A stretch of 63,200 nt of DNA, the filler included, from Dugesia japonica (taxonomy: Eukaryota): assembly GCA_001938525.1 (NCBI GenBank). It is 5 parts of 5 records of this genome, joined end to end, with 100 filler letters (N's around TTAATTAATTAA, not from the genome) between each part and the next. Parts side by side here need not be neighbours in the genome. Positions count along the whole stretch, not along the records: positions 45,178 to 54,009 come from MQRL01398640.1; positions 54,110 to 63,200 come from MQRL01507614.1; 3 more parts are not named here. One strand, written 5' to 3'. The notes under the pieces are model-generated. The model made no database searches, had not been told where the DNA came from, and saw only the letters and a list, made by a program, of their open reading frames with translations. Below, one piece after another: positions 49,390-63,200 of the stretch (its first letter is position 1; each line of letters begins with the position of its first letter). Made by a program: the position numbers and the translations under genes.

Positions 49390-52300
49390 AAATAACACAA
49401 GAAAGATTCAGTGTATTCACGAAGAAAATAATTCAAACGATCTAGCATATGATTGTGACGATATGAAACATGATGAAAGCAGAGATTTCAAAGAGAAAGA
49501 GATTAGAGCTATTATATATGATCAAAACACAAATATACAAAATCATAATTTAAACGACAGACACTCCATGGCATGCATTTCGTCTGTGAAGCTGTTGAAT
49601 TAAATGCTGCAAATGCAGGAAATCGAAATGCTATGATGTTCAAGAAGGTAAATGGTAGATCGTGGAGTTTAGTTTAATGTTGTTGAAAGAGGATAGAGAT
49701 GTTATAGGATACGGGTGCAGCAGTAACGGTGATGTCAGAAGATAAGCGGAAAATATGCGGAAATCCTACCTTACCGCAAGCAGACATATCTCTTAGAGGA
49801 GCATTCGATGCTAAAGCAATAAAATGTTTAGCTGAGTTTAAAGCTTTGATAAGTAGGAATGGAATGATTAAGAATATCCAGATTACTGTAGTTAAAGATN
49901 TAAATCCGAGTTTTGTTGGTGGTATGAATATTATTTGAGCTTTTGGATGGAAGCTTTTATCGAGAGTCGAAATAAATTCTATCGATTCGGAAGTCTTAGG
50001 TGCCACATATCAAGATAAAGAAAGAGGACGAAGAACTTTAAATATATTTGGATCTAATCATTTGTCAAAGTTGACAGAATCATTATTGAAATATGGTACT
50101 GTTTTTATGGCATCGGAGTTCGATTTAGGATGTACAAATCTGATAACACATTGTATAAAAACAATAGGGACTTCTATAAGTCAAAATCCAAGACGAATAG
50201 GAATCTAAAGTGGATGATATGATCTCAAAGTTCTTGAAAACGAGTATAATTAGGAAATGTCATAGTCCGTGGAACTCGCCACTCGTAGTTGTGGGAAAGA
50301 AGGACGGAGCAATTAGGATGTGTCAGGACTATAGGAAGATTAATAAGGATACAGAGAAATTTAGTTTCCCCATGGGAGATCCGTAAACCATATTTGATAC
50401 GTTGGCAAGAGCTTCCATTGTTTCGTCGTTAGATTTAGGACAAGCTTATTATCAAGTGTGCTTGGATGAATCGTCACAATTGAAAACAGCATTTTCGACA
50501 CAAAAAGGCCAGTTTTGCTTAAACCGAATGCCGTTCAGATTGTCAACAGCTCCAGCGACTTTTCAAAGTGTCATGCATGTATTATTCGAGGCTATCCTTT
50601 ATAACGGAGTCGTGGTGCATTTAGACTATGTCTTGGTTTACTGGACAACAGTGGTAGAACACGATAAAAACCTAGAGGAAGTTTTTAAACGAATACAAAA
50701 CGCTGGGTTAAGACTCAATCCAAAGAGGTGTAGTCGGTATAAAACTGAACTTAGTTTTTTAGATCATAAAATATCAAAAGAGGGAATAAGTACTAATAAT
50801 GGCATGATTAAGAAAATTGCTGAAGCGAAAATTCCAAGATGCACCAAACAATTATGGTCATTTTTTGGTTTGGCAAATTACTACCGTAAATTTGTTTTTA
50901 ATTTTGCTGAAATTGCCAAACCATTATATGAGGATAATAAAGGACATGTGAAAGACATACAATAAAATGAAGAGTGTCATGAAAATTTCCTGAAACTCAA
51001 ACATTCTTTATCAATTACTCCAGTATTGGCATTCCCAAACAAATATGATTATTTTATTTTAGACACAGATGTATGTTTTAGCAGTATTGGTGCTGTTCTT
51101 AGTCAGCTACACGATGGATGTAAAAGTGTTATCGCATATAAATCAAGGCTTTCAAGTACTCACAAGAAAGATTATTGTGTGACACGGAAGGAATTACTGG
51201 CTAAATATGAGTATGTGCTTTACTTCAAGCAATACTTATACAGTAAGAAATTTGATATACGTACAGATCACAAAGCGACCACACTTTCAGACATGGTCAA
51301 GTGAATTATCTGGCTATGATTTAGATCTGAAATATTTGAAGGGGGAAAACTATAGCAATGCAGATGGATTATCCAGAATATTATTCAGCTATTGCTCTCA
51401 ATGTTGAAGTGAACACGAAGAAGAAAACATAAAGAAGAGCAGAGTACGATGTTTAAATGCAATTAAGTCAGACAAATTTAATATTGAAACGTATCGTGCC
51501 ACTTAAGATTAGAATTCTGTTTTGGAAGCGATTAAAGATTTTATTATGAATCCTTCTTCAATAGTAGCAAAGTTGATACAAAATTCTGTGTATTTTCATA
51601 AATTAGATAGGATACTGTTGAAAGATAATTTATTATAAATAGAAAGTGGAAATAAACAAAAGATAATCATTCAAGTAAGCTTGTCGAGAAGATTGTAGTA
51701 TATATGCAAAATGAAATTTGTCATTTAGTTTTTTAAGAAAACTATAAATTATATTGCTAGTCATTCCTTTTGGATAAAAATGGTAACAAATACAAAGTCA
51801 ATTATAAAACAATGTGAGTCGTGTATGAGACGAAAGACGCTAACATCAAAAAAAGTCGAATATTTAATACTAAGAAAGGTTATAAACCATATGGATCAAA
51901 TCGTGATAGATATTGCGCATATGAAGAAAGGCAAAAGCCATAATCGATATATCGTCGTAATAATCGATAAATTTAATCGATAATTTAACATAAACACAAA
52001 AACAAGATGAAAATACTATTCACTGTGTTACCTTACATCAATGGATTTAAAAATTTGGAAAACCGAAATGGATTGTATCGGACAGAGGTTAAGTCTTCGA
52101 AGGGAGTCAGATCAGATTAATATTGAGTGGACTTTTACATCACCATATGATCATTAATCGGACGGTTTAACAGAGCGAGCAATTTGAACGGTCTAAGATA
52201 TGGTTGTCAATTTTTCAAATGATGGGTGAACTGTTAGGACAAAATTATACCAAAAATTGAATATTCGATTAATTCAACAATACAAAAGTCAGTAGGATTT

Positions 52301-53422
52301 TTTCTAAGGAAAATTATATTTGGAAGAAAGATAAATATTCATGGCAAAGATCCGTACGTAAAATTGGATCAAGAACAAGTATTGTCAAAGATACGAGGTA
52401 ATCTTAAGATTTCTGCGGAAAGAATGAAAGGTGAAGATATTGAGAAGAAAATGCAAAGAGTTTTCGAAATGGGACAAATAGTGTTGGTAAAAATAGACCC
52501 ACAAAAGAAGCTAAAAGATGGAAATGTATTTGAAGGTCCTGTAAAGATTGTTGCTTTCCCGACGGATCATCAAGTCGAACTAGAGTATGCAGATAGAAGG
52601 AAATACCGAAGAATTGAATGGCTGAAAGAGTACCACAGTTCTTAAAGAAAGAGAGAGTAACAATAAGATAATATTGTTGTTTAAATATTTAGAAAGTGTA
52701 TTAGAATAAATTTTTAAAAAAACCATATTTATATTTAATGAGTCAAGATGGTATTGTAACTCCGGTAAAATAAGCCTGGTATACATATTTTAATTTTCTA
52801 TGTTAAATATGACAACAAATAATAAAAACATAATTAATCTAAAAATTTAACTTATTAATTGCAAAACCATCAGAGTATACCATTTATCTTGCAATATTAT
52901 CTAAACAACGTTTATTTTACTTGAAATTAATTTAATTAATTAAATTAATTTCTTTTGCAAAAAAATCGGCAATTACTTACTTGTTAACGTAATANAATTA
53001 CGAAACTAGATTATAACATCTTATCCAATCAATATTGGAAGTATTTCTTTAAAAATATAAGTAATAAAACCCATTTTTCTGCCAACAGTTGATAAATATA
53101 TAACGCTAATTTTACAGGTTTTATACTCAGATTTGGAATGTTTGTAACTTTATTTCGAAGTTTAATACTTGTTTTTCAAGGATTTTTACTTTAAAAACTT
53201 TGGAATCATGATTTCAAATTTTTGTAAGCACATTTAAAATATATTATAAAGTGTTATGCTAATTTAAAAATACAACTTAAAATGTTTTGCATATTTATTT
53301 TAAAACATAGATATTAAAAATGAATATGTAAGAATTCCGAAACACAAATAATTTATTAAACAGATACAATGTAGATGCAAGTATAAAAGATAAACCTAGA
53401 GTGTTTAGCTCACAATTTATTC

Positions 53423-54009
53423 TTATTCATAAATAATTGCTTCACGATTTATGCACCTAGATATAAAACCAATCATATTTCGATAATAGCTTGCACATTC
53501 TCCAGGGGTTATTAAATTATCACCATTTTCAATCAATATAAAAAGTTCTTGTTTTTTAGTCGGCCTTGCTTGCCTTAAATTTTGCTTCCATTTGAAAAAC
53601 GAATTTTCAATTGAGAAAAGGTGAGTAGACTGAAAGAAAAAGGAGGGTATGTCTTTTCTCACTAAGTATTTCGTTTATTTGATGTAATTGATGGAATGGA
53701 ACATTATCGATTATTATTACTGCAAGCCCACGCCCATCAATTGTTGTTATTAAATTTACATTATAGGAATCAAATGTAATCGTATTATATAGAGGTTTTT
53801 GCCGATGGTATTTGATAATTTCTGTTTTTGCCATTGCACAAAGAACTGAAATATTGCGTGATCTTAAACCTGTAACTACCAACAAAGGTCATGTGCTACA
53901 TAAAGACCTACCTCTTCTCAATCTTCAAGACACATTAAACCCAACTTCACCCACAAATATTAAATTATTTTCATCATGTAAGATTAAAATTTCAAGGAAT
54001 CTTCTAGCG
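53423..54009 (-). mobile_element. IS630/Tc1-like (DDE_3-type) transposase fragment
   Basis: IFVGEVGFNVS..RGRS, IIDNVPFH, LFLSVYSPFLN, IENSFFKWK; runs into the contig spacer. Confidence 0.85.
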
Positions 54010-57000
54010 NNNNNNNNNNNNNNNNNNNNNNNNNNNNNNNNNNNNNNNNNNNNTTAATTAATTAANNNNNNNNNNNNNNNNNNNNNNNNNNNNNNNNNNN
54101 NNNNNNNNNGGGTAAAACCCCAACAAATTTTATTAAGTAGAATTAAAACAAAATATTGTTATTTGATTAGAAGAAAAAGAATCAAGAGGAACCGATGTAA
54201 AAATAGATGGGTATTATAATTGTTGTTAAAATATGTATACACATTATTATAATTTAATAGGAAAGACCTATCTTTATAATAAAAGTATTTGAATAATTAG
54301 AATGAAGTATNNNNNNNNNNNNNNNNNNNNNNNNNNNNNNNNNNNNNNNNNNNNNNNNNNNNNNNNNNNNNNNNNNNNNNNNNNNNNNNNNNNNNNNNNN
54401 NNNNNNNNNNNNNNNNNNNNNNNNNNNNNNNNNNNNNNNNNNNNNNNNNNNNNNNNNNNNNNNNNNNNNNNNNNNNNNNNNNNNNNNNNNNNNNNNNNNN
54501 NNNNNNNNNNNNNNNNNNNNNNNNNNNNNNNNNNNNNCTCAAATGCGATCAATGGTTAAGTCCAACAATTATTCTCACAATAATTGTAATTATATAATTG
54601 TATTTATTCACATAGAAATTCCCATTTGTATTATAGCAGCAAACTATCTAAAATTATTATTATTGTAAGATAAATATTATTAAAATTATGATTATTGCAT
54701 AAATATTATTATTTATAGAAAGAATTTGAATTAATAGTACAGAGTTGTATGAAAAGAAAGACAATAAAAAGTTAATTTAGAATTAAAAAATTATATTAAA
54801 TTATTTATATTTATTTATGTTAATATTTATATTTAAAGATCAAAAACGAGAAAATTGAATTATTATTTTTAGTCAAAATTATTATTAAAAATTATTTTTG
54901 ATTCGTGCCGGTCCGATGATCATGGATTTCATCGGCACCGTTGCACGTTGGAACAAGATCATGATTAGAAAATAAATGTGACGGGTGAGCACCGCACATC
55001 GTGTATTAAAAAATTAAATTATTTGTATCGGGTGAGCACTGTGCATTGTATGGAAAATAATCTGTGTAGGGTAAGCACCGCACAGTATAAACATTAACAA
55101 AAATTTGTTACAGCATATGATGCCAATTGAACACCGGTGTTCATATGTAAAGATGAACTTGTCTGCAAAATATGAGAGAACAAATGGATAAAAATAAATG
55201 TCCAAATTAAGACATCGTACACGAATCTGCGAGTGAGCACCTCATGGTTCAGTGAATTCTCTAAAAATGTTTAGTAACCACCTGCATCACCTGTCAAAAC
55301 TGACAAACAGGAGAGACAATTTTCATAAAAATATACTCTTAAATCTCATAAAATTTGTGGCTCTAGCTATCTTATTGTTCAAAGATACTAGTAGCATTTA
55401 TACTTTTATTTTACGGCAAAGCTATCATCAAACGACAAGTAATGTTTGAATTTGTATGTTAATGTATGATCGTAAGACTGGGACGATGTTTATCGTTGAC
55501 TGGCAGCGCCGGCAATGATGGACATTAGTCTTCAGAGATCCGAATTAATATGTGAGATTATCCACCATTAAACTATGAATTATTATGAGAGATATGCAAT
55601 TATGAATTATGATGAAAGTCATGAATTATTATGAGAGTTATGAATTATCGTGAACTCTTATGACAGTTGAATTATTCTGGGAGTCGTGAAAGATGTTAAT
55701 GAATAATCAGTAAAGATGTAAATAGGGTGTGAGAGAAAGCAATGTGTGGATATGAAAGTGGTTAAGGAATGAAAGCGAGATGGAGGTTGTTAACGGATGA
55801 GATGAAGTTATGAAATTAATAATAAGATAATGTGTTGACATTGATTAATAGAGAAATGTGTTGGTTGAGTACTAACATTTAATTGAATCTTATCTCTTAG
55901 TAACTTATATATTATATTTGGTTCGTATCATTATGATTGTAAATGTTATGAAAATATTATTTCCCTTTGATGAATATTGATTAGTTCTTGTTATAGATAT
56001 TTATTAGTGACAATGAAATAATGATCTTTTACTTAAAGAAAAGGCTGGCCAATGGATCAATCGTCATTCGGAGGATGATGAATATCTCGCCAATAATAGA
56101 TGAATGCAAACAGGATGATGAAGTAGCAGTACATAGTTTGACAAAGATTTTTTAAAAGAAGACATGATTATGAATTGATTGTGAATTATGATTAGAGAAT
56201 CCAACCTCATCCTCAATGACTAGTGATTCTTAATTGAACCAGAGTAAAAATTTAATTCTTATATTAAATTATAATAAATTAAAATTATTACGAGATTATA
56301 TTTGTATTATAAATTATTAAAATTTTGATAAAAGACAAAGAGTTAATGTTAATATCTAGAATGTTCAAATCGCTGACCACGACAGTATCTAATGAATCGT
56401 TAAAGCCAGAAGAGTGTTCATTCCAGTCAAACATCATAAACAATATGCCTAAACTATGGGACTCCATCGGGGAGTATGGAACGGACCGTGATCCATGGTG
56501 GATCATTCAGGATCGCCTCTGACAGAAGGATCAGGAGCTGTTAACGCTGAGGGAGAAATTGAATAAACAGAAGGAGACACTACGACAGAAGGTCGCCATA
56601 TTGGAGGAATTGCAGAAAAAGTGGAACAACAAGAGCAGCACTACAACGATCAGCTAGTGGAGATCATGAGCAGGAATGAACGACGGGGAAAAGAACTGAC
56701 ATCTTTGCTGATACGATATACAGAACTGAATCAACATCAACAGCGAGTAATCCAAAGTTCACTCACTACTCAGCTTGAAGCGGAAGAATTCAACAAGATG
56801 TCGGATCGGTTAATCATAAAAGTCAAAGCTATGTTATGACAGATTATAATCCCGCTCGATGGAACTATTGCAAATCAGGAAACTTTAGTGTGATTAATGT
56901 TTGATCATTGTGTTAACAGCAATGCAGTTTTAACTCTAGTATTTTCATGTCTTGATTGTATTCCATGATAATTTGTTAAAATGAATCAACGGATTAGGAG

Positions 57001-57999
57001 AAGTTAAAAGAGAAATTCGTTTTAAATTTTTGTGAATCCCGATTTAAATGATATTGATAGATAATATGCTGAATGATTTTTATATTTGATAAAACAATTG
57101 TATAATTAAAGTTATGAATATTATATATCGAATTATTTCCAGTGATGAATACAAAGAAATTAACGGACACTTCAATCGCAGATATTCGAAGAAAGTGGGC
57201 TTCGTTACAAAAGAAAGTGCAGCAGAAAATCGTAGAGCTACAATGAAAGAATGCTACGTTACGTGAAAGGAACACCAGATTACAGGAGCGAGATCTGGCC
57301 TTAGCTCAATCATGTCGGGCAATGGCAAACATTAATCAATCGTATGCGGATCGGGAGAGCGTCATGATCGCCACGGTGGGTACGCTCACACAAGCATCAA
57401 AATTTACGCCTGAAGTGGAAAAAGAAAAGCCAAAGGATATCATTGAACTAGACGAACAATCTTGATTGAAATAAAAGTTTTGTACAGCATGTATTTTGAA
57501 TTTTATTTGTTAATATTGATTAATGAAGTCTAATTTCCAAAACGAGAGCCGGATAGAAATTGAAATCTAAGACGGGATACAGCATAGTCCCNCTGAATCC
57601 GGGAAAAGGAGGATCGTGTTACTAGAGAGAGTAACACAAATTTCTATGGTTGCTAGGTATCATCCCCCAGACAGAAAAGAGATTTAGAAGAAGGAAACAA
57701 ATATAATAAAGTGATTATAAATAAAGATCAAGAGAAACACAAGATTAAAACTACATCAAAAAGCCTAGCAACCCAACAATAGTAATTTTGTTAAGATCTC
57801 CTTTATAATACTTTTCAGATAATTATAACTTGAAAAAACTTTTTATGCTTATGCTTTTTATGCTTTTTTAAAAATCAATTTACAACAATCAAACCATTTT
57901 TACGAACTTTTGTTTGGTTGACATCTTATATCGAGTTTGATTTTAATTCTATAAGAACCGTTTTATAAGTCCCAATATTATAATTTATTTATCATATCA

Positions 58000-58720
58000 A
58001 ATAAAGGAATGTTTGATAAGATACAGTCGCAGAGATTTTACGGTGCAAAGGTCAGTATCGTAACTTCTTTACGAGTGACGCCTCATTATAAAGCATTAAT
58101 TATAAATCCATTATCTATACGTAGAAATATACGAATATTATAAAATTTAAAATTGAATATATCACCACATCATCAATAAGAAGATGAGTTAATCAAATAG
58201 TTCAATGAAATCTTGGTAAAAATGTTGAAATCCTATGTAAATGTTGAGCAAACGGATTGGAACATCCGCATACCAACCCGTTTATTCATATACAGGAATG
58301 CAACTTAGTCAAATACTGGTTATTTCACATAATTTTTGATTTTTGAGAAATAGCAATTTGCCAATAAATCTTATATTTAATACTCAATTATCTCAATATT
58401 TCGATGAAAATGATTATTTATTGAAGAACAAATTTTTGAATGCATATAGTCTAGCCAAAAGACAATTTAAGAATTAAAGAAGGCATACAGGAAAACTTTA
58501 ACACAGAAACTAAGTCATATGCAAGATTTAGTTATGTTGAAATGGCATAACACAACTAAAGGATTGTCTCCAAAATATATAAAGAATTTTACAGGACTTT
58601 ATGAAGTTATCAAGACAAAGAATACTAATTTGGTGTTATAATTATGTTCAAACAAAATAGCAAAATCTATATTGGTTCATGTAAACAGATGTAAAAGTCA
58701 CTATACGAATGAGAAATAAA
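58000..58720 (+). mobile_element. Ty3/gypsy integrase remnant (different family)
   Basis: SPHHQ..ELIK.FNEILVKMLKSYVNVEQTDW...FIYRNA...TGY; GLSPKY..NFTGLYEV; VHVNRCK. Confidence 0.75.
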
Positions 58721-60559
58721 ACGTATAGGAAATAAAAGGAAATCAAAATTGGTCAAAAATAAAGAGAACATTAAAATCGCGGCGAAAAATATCCGCTAAG
58801 GTCACAAATATCGATTCAATCATCACAATAAGCTGCTTAGCCATGAAAGTAACATCAGAAATATTCAAATCAGAATCCGTTCTAAAATTGTGTCTTAAAG
58901 TTGTAGCCACACCATTTTAATTAAGTTGATATTTACATAGCAATGTAAACTCAAGATATCATTCTGCAAGTGGTATATGGTAAATACTCTGTGTCCCGTT
59001 CTAAGTATTACAAATCTCTATTTAAATCCGAGATATCTTGTTCTATTCGTTTATCTGACAAACGGAAAGGTGGAATAGAGAGATGAAACCAACGCAGAAT
59101 GGTCTCTTATCATTGCACCTATTCAAAGTATAAAATAGTATTGCTATAATCAATCAAATTAACTTAATCGTACTAATAAATGTCACCTTTTGGAGAGTAA
59201 ATAGCCGTAAAACAAATTGGTATATACTATTTTGTGTTATAACTTTAATTATTCTAGATATCATGTGACACAGTTAGAAAGTTTTAAATCTATATAGTAA
59301 AAGAACTTACNAAAATATGTAAATTGCCAAAAATTATGCATATCAGTATATATTCAAGAAGATAATGTTACACTCAAGCTATAAAATAATACAGTACAAT
59401 TAGTAAGACCACAGAAAGGCAGTCACATAGAATAAACTTTACCTCGTCAATTACAACCAGCGATTTTCAAAAAACTAAAAAATCAATAGTCAGAAAATTA
59501 AATGCTGAATTATGGAACAGACTTAAATTATGTAAAAATGTAATAAATAATTCCACAGGTAGATCACAGCACGAATGCTAGTTTCAGAATAGTGAAATTT
59601 TACATTTCATTCATTTCGATCACAAAGTCTGCTAACATTTACAATTTTTTCCAAACCCTGAAAAATAAATCTAAGACAGCTAACATTTTTATTCACGTTA
59701 TTAACAGATTATAAACTATGTAAATATAAATAATCTCTTAATATTTTTAAGGTTACCTCAAATCAGGTACCAAGAAGACAAGCTAACTTATTTTGTCACT
59801 TCTTATTACGTTAGTCACAAATATAATTTCATTCCATTAATAATCGCTTTGACGATTTTGAATTTCAAAGGAGAAAATATAGTCCTTAAAATAGTTAAGC
59901 CTAGAAACTCAGTAAAACATTATGACACTCATGCTTTAAGTCTAAAANAGGTGCAGATCAGAGATAACTTTTACGGAAAGAATTGCTAAATGGAAATTAA
60001 AAGTGTTTTGGATGGAAGCTTAATCGTGCGAATGTTAGTCATGGATATATTTGAAGCAATCAACTTCACTTTCCCCAGAATGCTAGGTATTCGAGACATA
60101 GAACGAGCAAAAAGCTTTGAAAACTATATTTGCAAAAGTGTAATGGAGCATTTTATATCAAATGCTTACAAAANCAATTTATCCCCATAGAAGAAAAGCA
60201 GGTTGCAACGGACCTCCAATCAGAAATTGATGAGAAAAGCATTCGCCAAATTTACCTTAAATATGCGTTAAATTTGAAGATGACGTTTCATCCGAACCAA
60301 GATAGAATATTCTCTAATCGGCTATCAACCCGGTGCACCAAAACCAACAATTAAGAATAGAAAGCAGACATCCTTCAATGAACAATGAAACCAAATAAAT
60401 CATACAATCAAACAATAAAATAAGAAGGACGATAGTAAACCAACCTCGACCAGATCAATCATAGAATAAATGTAAGTAGAGGATTTATGACCATCTTCAG
60501 TCGTATCCATTTATGAAATAGAAGACAAGGTGTTATTAAATATATTCTTTAAACGTTTA

Positions 60560-60632
60560 ATTTTGCTTTTTTCCGGGACCAAAATTAATCGTCTCTAAAT
60601 GAAAGGTGTTCTTCAATAGATTTTTGACTGTA
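60560..60632. mobile_element. Tigger/pogo-like MITE 3' terminus
   Basis: CCGGGACCAAAA...GTCTCTAAAT..AGGTGT..TTTTGACTG+TA. Confidence 0.4.
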
Positions 60633-61043
60633 TTCATTAGTTTTATTTATCATTAAATTAATAGCTTAAAAAATAAAATTACTATTGCAAAAAACTTTAT
60701 AATACGAAATAGTTTCTCAAAAAATGTAATCTATGTCTATAATATGTCTATTTATTATATCTATATTAATCTATATTATATTTTAATTTTAAATGAATTT
60801 TTATTGCAGTTCTTCATAAATATTTTTTTACCTTGTATAAATTTTATTTTAATTTTTGCAGTTACGTTTGTTTCAAGTGGTTAATAGAATAAATATTTGA
60901 AAAGTGTATTTTAAAATTGATAAAATTTATTATTAGATTACTTATAGGTTGTTCGTTTTTGTAATAAATTTTATCGTACACTAATAGTATTAATTATAAA
61001 ATTCAGAATAATCATATTAATTTTACCTTAAATTTAAAATTAG

Positions 61044-61717
<674 letters not shown>

Positions 61718-61989
61718 GTTAATTTAAAAATTTAATTTCAAATATTAATTTGTTAATATCCACGTTATTTTAATTAATTTAGAGAATTACCCAATAATTT
61801 AGTTTTCAATGTTTTATATTTCTGTACCAAACTTTCTCCTTCAAAATTATTTTGTTGTAAAATTTATTGTAAACTATTGGTAAAATAATCTTTTTTTATT
61901 TAAAAATTAAAAAATTAGTTTTCGTTTTTATTAATTAAATTTTAATTAAATTTTAATTTTATTCGAAATTTTTGATTATATTATAAATT

Positions 61990-62945
61990 TTTAATTTAAT
62001 TTTTTTCGGAATTTTTAATTTTATTCGAAGTTTTTAATTTTCTTCGATATTTTTAATTTTATTCTGAATTGTTAATTTCATTCGATATTTTTAAATTTTA
62101 TTCAAAATTTTTAATTTCATTCGGAATTTTCAATTTTATTCTAAATTTTTAATTTTATTCTAAATTTTTAATTTTATTCTGAATTTTTAATTTTATTCTG
62201 AATTTTTAATTTTATTCAAAATTTTTAATTTCATTCGGAATTTTCAATTTTATTTGGAATTTTCAATTTTATTCTAAATTTTTAATTTTATTCTAAATTT
62301 TTAATTTTATTCTGAATTTTTAATTTTATTCAAAATTTTTAATTTCATTCGGAATTTTAAATTTTATTCAAAATTTTTAATTTCATTCGGAATTTTTAAT
62401 TTTTTTCGGAATTTTCAATTTTATTCAAAGATTTTAATTTTATTCTAAATTTTTAATTTTATTCGGAATTTTCAATTTTATTCAAAGATTTTAATTTTAT
62501 TCAATATTTTTAATTTTTTTCAAAATTTTTAATTTCATTCGGAATTTTTAATTTTTTCGGAATTTTCAATTTTATTCGGGGTTTTTAATTTTATTCAATA
62601 TTTTTAATTTTATTCAAAATTTTCAATTTTATTCAATATTTTTAATTTTATTCAAAATTTTTAATTTTATTCTAAATTTTTAATTTTATTCAAAATTTTT
62701 AATTTTTTTCGATATTTTTAATTTTATTAAAAATTTTTAATTTTTTTCGATATTTTTAATTATATTCTAAATTTTTAATTTTATTCTATATTTATTCTAA
62801 ATTTTTTATTTTTTTCAAAATTTTTAATTTTATTCTAAATTGTTAATTTTATTCTAAATTGTTAATTTTATTCTAAATTGTTAATTTTGGTCTAAATTTT
62901 TAATTTCATTCTAAATTTTTAAAATTATTCAAAATTTTTAATTTT
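61990..62945. repeat. 19-bp AT-rich minisatellite downstream of the third AK3 exon
   Basis: Tandem variants of CTAAATTTTTAATTTTATT / CGGAATTTTCAATTTTATT over ~950 bp. Confidence 0.92.
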
Positions 62946-63158
62946 ATTTTTAATTTTTAATAAAAAACGTTTTTTTGAAAAGGTTTTTGTTACTTTAATA
63001 AAAATTTGAAAAAGAAACATTTTTTTGAAACTTTTTTTATCTACGTCTTAGTTTATTTTCGTAATTTTGAACATATTTAATTTTTTTAATTCACAGATCA
63101 ATGGTTAAAGATTTTAAAAAAGTGAATATTTACACAATGAAAATTTTCACAATAAACA

Positions 63159-63161
63159 AAA

Positions 63162-63192
<31 letters not shown>

Positions 63193-63200
63193 AATAATAA
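63159..63200. repeat. (AAT)n microsatellite
   Basis: Direct AAT run to the window end. Confidence 0.9.

Larger units (their letters stand above)
45637..52761 (+). mobile_element. Bounded Ty3/gypsy LTR retrotransposon (degenerate gag-pol) with 106-bp LTRs
   Basis: LTRs 45637-45742 and 52656-52761 (AGT...ACT); CCGGT on both flanks (45632-45636, 52762-52766); PBS TGGTGACCACGCCG; PPT 52644-52655; protease DTGAAVTV (~49708), RT LDLGQAYYQV/MPFRLSTAPATFQ, RNase H LDTD..KELLA..TDH, integrase SDRG/GLTERA/FEGPVKI. Confidence 0.93.

Noticed and set aside
54983-55245. CRISPR-like reading of the spaced GGGTGAGCAC repeats
   Set aside because: Repeats are only ~10-15 bp, degenerate and irregularly spaced; eukaryotic context with no cas genes.
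63097-63124. Candidate final AK3 exon after TCACAG (RSMVKDFKK*)
   Set aside because: Lacks the expected AK3 C-terminal strand and helix and overlaps the dispersed GATCAATGGTTAA motif; unresolved without transcripts.

Overview
AT-rich eukaryotic (animal-type) genomic DNA with very short GT-AG introns (42-54 nt), dominated by degenerate transposable elements. Four identical 100-bp spacers (N-run/TTAATTAATTAA/N-run) at ~17704, 30859, 45078 and 54010 show that the window is at least five concatenated contigs, so adjacency across them is not biological. Host genes: a mitochondrial citrate carrier (SLC25A1-like, 5 exons found, 3' end missing), an AK3-like adenylate kinase (3 exons found), the 5' end of a GT32-type glycosyltransferase and an intronless RING-H2 ORF. 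Mobile DNA: a decayed Maverick/Polinton (adintovirus-like) module (protease, major capsid C-terminus, integrase N-terminus, basic QKGGF protein, packaging ATPase) next to a TBP-like pseudogene; a separate protein-primed PolB pseudogene; a bounded Ty3/gypsy element with 106-bp AGT...ACT LTRs, a tRNA-Trp-like PBS and a CCGGT target duplication, containing a nested antisense RLE-type non-LTR element with a Ulp1-like protease motif (NeSL-like); a second RLE element; plus Penelope, hAT, Tc1/mariner, IS630-like, Merlin, MULE and gypsy remnants. Best leads: the Maverick-adjacent TBP-like gene, the mini-LTR gypsy/NeSL nest, two unexplained cassettes of small ORFs (one headed by a hairpin and iterated GGGTGAGCAC motifs), a repeat carrying clustered RFX X-box motifs, and a nad2-like frame open only with TGA=Trp. 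All calls come from manual translation and motif recognition; no searches were run.
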